DNA of 64,000 bases, taken from positions 85,746,001 through 85,810,000 of the forward strand of contig JANJGN010000016.1 in NCBI GenBank assembly GCA_026770705.1, read 5' to 3'. The position numbers and the translations under genes are program-made. This DNA comes from Isurus oxyrinchus (taxonomy: Eukaryota). Shown piece after piece: positions 59,560-64,000 of the stretch; position 1 is the stretch's first letter; each line of letters begins with the position of its first letter. Under the pieces are notes generated by a model. The model had not been told where the DNA came from. It saw only the letters and a list, made by a program, of their open reading frames with translations, and did not search any database.

Positions 59560-62500
59560 GATACTAAATACTATTCAGAGAACACGTATGGAAGAGATAA
59601 TGTGTAAAGTAGCTGATGCTAAATACTATTCAGAGATCACGTGTAGAAGAGATCACGTGTCAACAAGCTGATGCTAAATACTATTCAGAGATCACATGTA
59701 GAAGAGATCATGTGTAAACAAGCTGATGCTAAATACTATTCAGAGATCATGTGTAGAAGAGATCATGTGTAAAGTAGCTGATGCTAAATACTATTCATAG
59801 ATCACGTGTAGAAGAGATCACGTGCAAAGTAGCTGAAGCTAAATACTATTCATAGATCACGTGTAGAAGAGATCATGTGTAAACTTGCTGTTGCTAAACA
59901 CAATTCAGAGATCACGTGTAAAGAGATCACGTGTAAACTATCTGATGCTAAATAGTATTCAGAGATCACATTTAGAAGAGATCACGTGTACACTATCTGA
60001 TGCTAAATAATATTCAGAGATCACGTGTAGAAGAGATCATGTGTTAAGTAGCTGATGCAAAATACTATTCAGAGATCAGGTGCAGAAGAGATCATGTGTG
60101 GAAGAGATTATGTGTAAGATAGCTGAAGCTAAATACTATTCAGAGATCTTGTGTGGAAGAGATCACGAGTAAATTGGCTGAAGCTAAATACTATTCAGCT
60201 ATCAGGTGTAGAAGAGATCATGTGTAAACTATATGATGCTAAATACTATTCTGAGATCACGTGTAGAAGAGATCACGTGTAAAGTAGCTGATGCTAAATA
60301 CTATTCTGAGATCACGTGTAGAAGAGATCATGTGTAAAGTAGCTGATGCTAAATACTATTCTGAGATCACGTGTAGAAGAGATCAGGTGTAAAGTAGCTG
60401 ATGCTAAATACTATTCCGAGATCACATGTAGAAGAGATCACGTGTAACCTAGCTGATGGTAACTAATATTCAGAGATCACATGTAGAAGAGATCACGTGT
60501 AAACTAGCTGATGCTAAACACTATTCAGCGATCACGTGTAGAAGAGATCACGTGTAAGTTAGCTGAAGCTAAATACTATTCAGAGATCACATGTAGAAGA
60601 GATCATGTGTAAACCATCTGTGCTAAATACTATTCAGAGATCATGTGTAGAAGAGATCACGTGCAAAGTAGCTGAAGCTAAATACTATTCATAGATCACG
60701 TGTAGAAGAGATCAGGTGTAAAGTAGCTGATGCAAAATACTATTCAGAGAACACGTGTCGAAGAGATCATGTGTAAAGTAGCTGATGCTAATCACAATTC
60801 AGAGATCACGTGTAAAGAGATCACGTGCAAACTATCTGATGCTAAATAGTATTCAGAGATCACATTTAGAAGAGATCACGTGTACACTATCTGATGCTAA
60901 ATAATATTCAGAGATCACGTGTAGAAGAGATCATGTGTTAAGTAGATGATGCAAAATACTATTCAGAGATCAGGTGCAGAAGAGATCATGTGTGGAAGAG
61001 ATTATGTGTAAGATAGCTGAAGCTAAATACTATTCAGAGATCTTGAGTGGAAGAGATCACGAGTAAATTGGCTGAAGCTAAATACTATTCAGCTATCAGG
61101 TGTAGAAGAGATCGTGTGTAAACTATATGATGCTAAATACTATTCTGAGATCACGTGTAGAAGAGATCACGTGTAAAGTAGCTGATGCTAAATACTATTC
61201 TGAGATCACGTGTAGAAGAGATCATGTGTAAAGTAGCTGATGCTAAATACTATTCCGAGATCACGTGTAGAAGAGATCAGGTGTAAAGTAGCTGATGCTA
61301 AATACTATTCAGAGATCACATGTAGAAGACATCACGTGTAACCTAGCTGATGGTAAATAATATTCAGGGATCATGTGTAGAAGAGATCACGTGTAAACTA
61401 GCTGATGGTAAATACTATTCAGAGATCACATGTAGAAGAGATCATGTGTAAAGTAGCTGATGCAAAATACTATTCAGAGAACACGTGTCGAAGAGATCAC
61501 GTGTAAACTATCTGATGCTAAATAGCATTCAGAGATCACATTTAGAAGAGATCACGTGTACACTATCTGATGCTAAATAATATTCAGAGATCACATGTAG
61601 AAGAGATCATGTGTTAAGTAGCTGATGCAAAATACTATTCAGAGATCAGGTGCAGAAGAGATCATGTGTGGAAGAGATTATGTGTAAGATAGCTGAAGCT
61701 AAATACTATTCAGAGATCTTGTGTGGAAGAGATCACGAGTAAATTGGCTGAAGCGAAATACTATTCAGCTATCACGTGTAGAAGAGATCGTGTGTAAACT
61801 ATATGATGCTAAATACTATTCTGAGATCAGGTGTAGAAGAGATCAGGTGTAAAGTAGCTGATGCTAAACACTATTCCGAGATCACATGTAGCAGACATCA
61901 CGTGTAACCTAGCTGATGTTAAATAATATTCAGAGATCACATGTAGAAGAGATCACGTGTAAACTAGCTGATGCTAAATAATATTCAGAGAACAGGTGTA
62001 AAGAGATCATGTGTAGAAGAGATCATGTGTAAACTTGCTGATGCTAAATACTATTCAGAGATCACATGTAGAAGAGATCACGTGTAAAGTAGCTGATGCT
62101 AAATACTATTCAGAGATCAGGTACAGAAGAGATCACATGTAAACATGCTGATGCTAAATACTATTCAGAAATCACGTGTAGAAGAGATCACGTGTAAATT
62201 AGCTGATGCTAAATACTATTCTGAGATCACGTGTTGAAGTGATCACGTGTAAAGTAGCTGATGCTAAATACTATTCAGAAATCACGTGTAGAAGAGATCA
62301 CGTGTAAATTAGCTGATGCTAAATACTATTCAGAAATCACATGTAGAAGAGATCATGTGTAAACAAGCTGATGCTAACTACTATTCAGAGATCATGTGTA
62401 GAAGAGATCACGTGTAAAGTACCTGATGCTAAATACTATTCAGAGATCAGGTATAGAAGAGATCATGTAGAGAAGAGATCATGTGTAAACTTGCTGAAGC

Positions 62501-64000
62501 TAAATACTATTCAGAGATCATGTGTAGAAGAGATCACGTGTAGAAGAGATCACATGTAAACTAGCTGATGCTAAATACTATTCATAGATCAGGTGTAGAA
62601 GTGATCATGTGTAAAGTAGCTGATGCTAAATACTATTCAGAGATCATGTGTAGAAGAGATCACGTGTAAAGTAGCTGATGCTAAATACTATTCAGAGATC
62701 ATGTGTAGAAGAGATCACGTGTAAAGTAGCTGATGCTAAATACTATTCAGAGATCATGTGTAGAAGAGATCACGTGTAAAGTAGCTGATGCTAAATACTA
62801 TTCAGAGATCACGTGTAGAAGAGATCATGTGTAAAGTAGCTGATGCTAAATACTATTCAGAGATCACGTGTAGAAGAGATCATGTGTAAAGTAGCTGATG
62901 CTAAATACTATTCAGAGATCACGTGTAGAAGAGATCATGTGTAAATTAGCTGATGCTAAATACTATTCAGAGATCACGTGTAGAAGTGATCATGTGTAAA
63001 GTAGCTGATGCTAAATACTATTCAGAGATCACGTGTAGAAGAGATCAGGTGTAAAGTAGCTGATGCTAAATACTATTCAGAGATCACGTGTAGAAGAGAT
63101 CACATGTAAACTATCTGATGCTAAATAGTATTCAGAGATCAGGTGCAGAAGAGATCACGTGTACACTATCTGATGCTAAATAGTATTCAGAGATCACGTG
63201 TAGAAGAGATCATGTGTTAAGTAGCTGATGCAAAATACTATTCAGAGATCAGGTGCAGAAGAGATCATGTGTGGAAGAGATTATGTGTAAGATAGCTGAA
63301 GCTAAATACTATTCAGAGATCTTGTGTGGAAGAGATCACGAATAAATTGGCTGAAGCTAAATACTATTCAGATATCAGGTGTAGAAGAGATCGTGTGTAA
63401 AGTAGCTGATGCTAAATACTATTCAGAGATCACATGTAGATGAGATCATGTGTAAAGTAGCTGATGCTAAATACTATTCAGAGATCACATGTACAAGAGA
63501 TCATGTGTAAATTAGCTGAGGCTAAATACTATTCAGAGATCACATGTAGAAGAGATCAGGTGTAAACAAGCTGATGCTAAATACTATTCAGAGAAGATGT
63601 GTAGAAGAGATCATGTGTAAACTAGCTGATGTTAAATTCTATTCAGAGATCACGTGTAGAAGAGATCACGTGTAAACTAGCTGATGCTGAATACTATTCA
63701 GAGATCACATGTAGAAGAGATCACATGTAAACTATCTGTGCTAAATACTATTCAGAGATCACATGTAGAAGAGATCACGTGTAAACTAGCTGATGCTAAA
63801 TACTATTCAGAGATCACGTGTAGAAGAGATCACATGCAAAATAGCTGATGCTAAATACTATTCAGAGATCACGTGTAGAAGAGATCACGTGTAAACTAGC
63901 TGATGCTGAATACTATTCAGAGATCACATGTAGAAGAGATCACATGTAAACTATCTGTGCTAAATACTATTCAGAGATCACGTGTAGAAGAGATCATGTG
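59560..64000. repeat. 55-bp AT-rich satellite GCTGATGCTAAATACTATTCAGAGATCACGTGTAGAAGAGATCACGTGTAAAGTA; runs off the right edge of the window
   Basis: Period of 55 bp (e.g. 62641, 62696, 62751); internal duplication of AGAGATCACGTGTA 17 bp apart; variant blocks recur at 60081, 60975, 61651 and 63254. Confidence 0.97.

Noticed and set aside
43985-64000. CRISPR-like arrays in the 61-, 44-, 37- and 55-bp repeats
   Set aside because: These are head-to-tail tandem repeats without unique spacers, there are no cas genes, and the context is vertebrate.

Overview
Eukaryotic genomic DNA, almost certainly from a cartilaginous fish (shark). The only recognisable host gene is one complete, unrearranged kappa-type (NS4/type III-like) immunoglobulin light-chain minicluster on the minus strand. 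It comprises a promoter (EICE, variant octamer, TATA), leader exon 45465-45513, V exon 44984-45278 with a perfect 12-RSS, one J 43368-43402 with a 23-RSS, a 5.9-kb TE-filled intron, C exon 37102-37430 and poly(A) signals near 36500-36600. The cluster lies between a >=34-kb G-rich 27/28-bp satellite (1-34330, layered, with higher-order repeats) and a 55-bp E-box-containing satellite (59560-64000). The rest is CR1, L2 and other LINE fragments, tRNA-derived SINEs, MITE-like pieces and several minisatellites. Most notable: (i) an inverted ~313-bp copy of the terminal segment of the G-rich array lies on the other side of the Ig cluster, fused to a 3'-truncated CR1, so the V-J-C unit is bracketed by inverted satellite arms; (ii) several non-canonical features coincide in an otherwise open Ig gene (FTKG J motif, 22-residue FR1, ATTTACAT octamer, stop codon on a precise V-J join); (iii) there are candidate B-cell regulatory modules; (iv) the older satellite layer carries an array of perfect 5' splice-site motifs; (v) a LINE family has a tRNA-derived 5' head. 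Family assignments come from recognised motifs, not from database searches, and TE boundaries are approximate.
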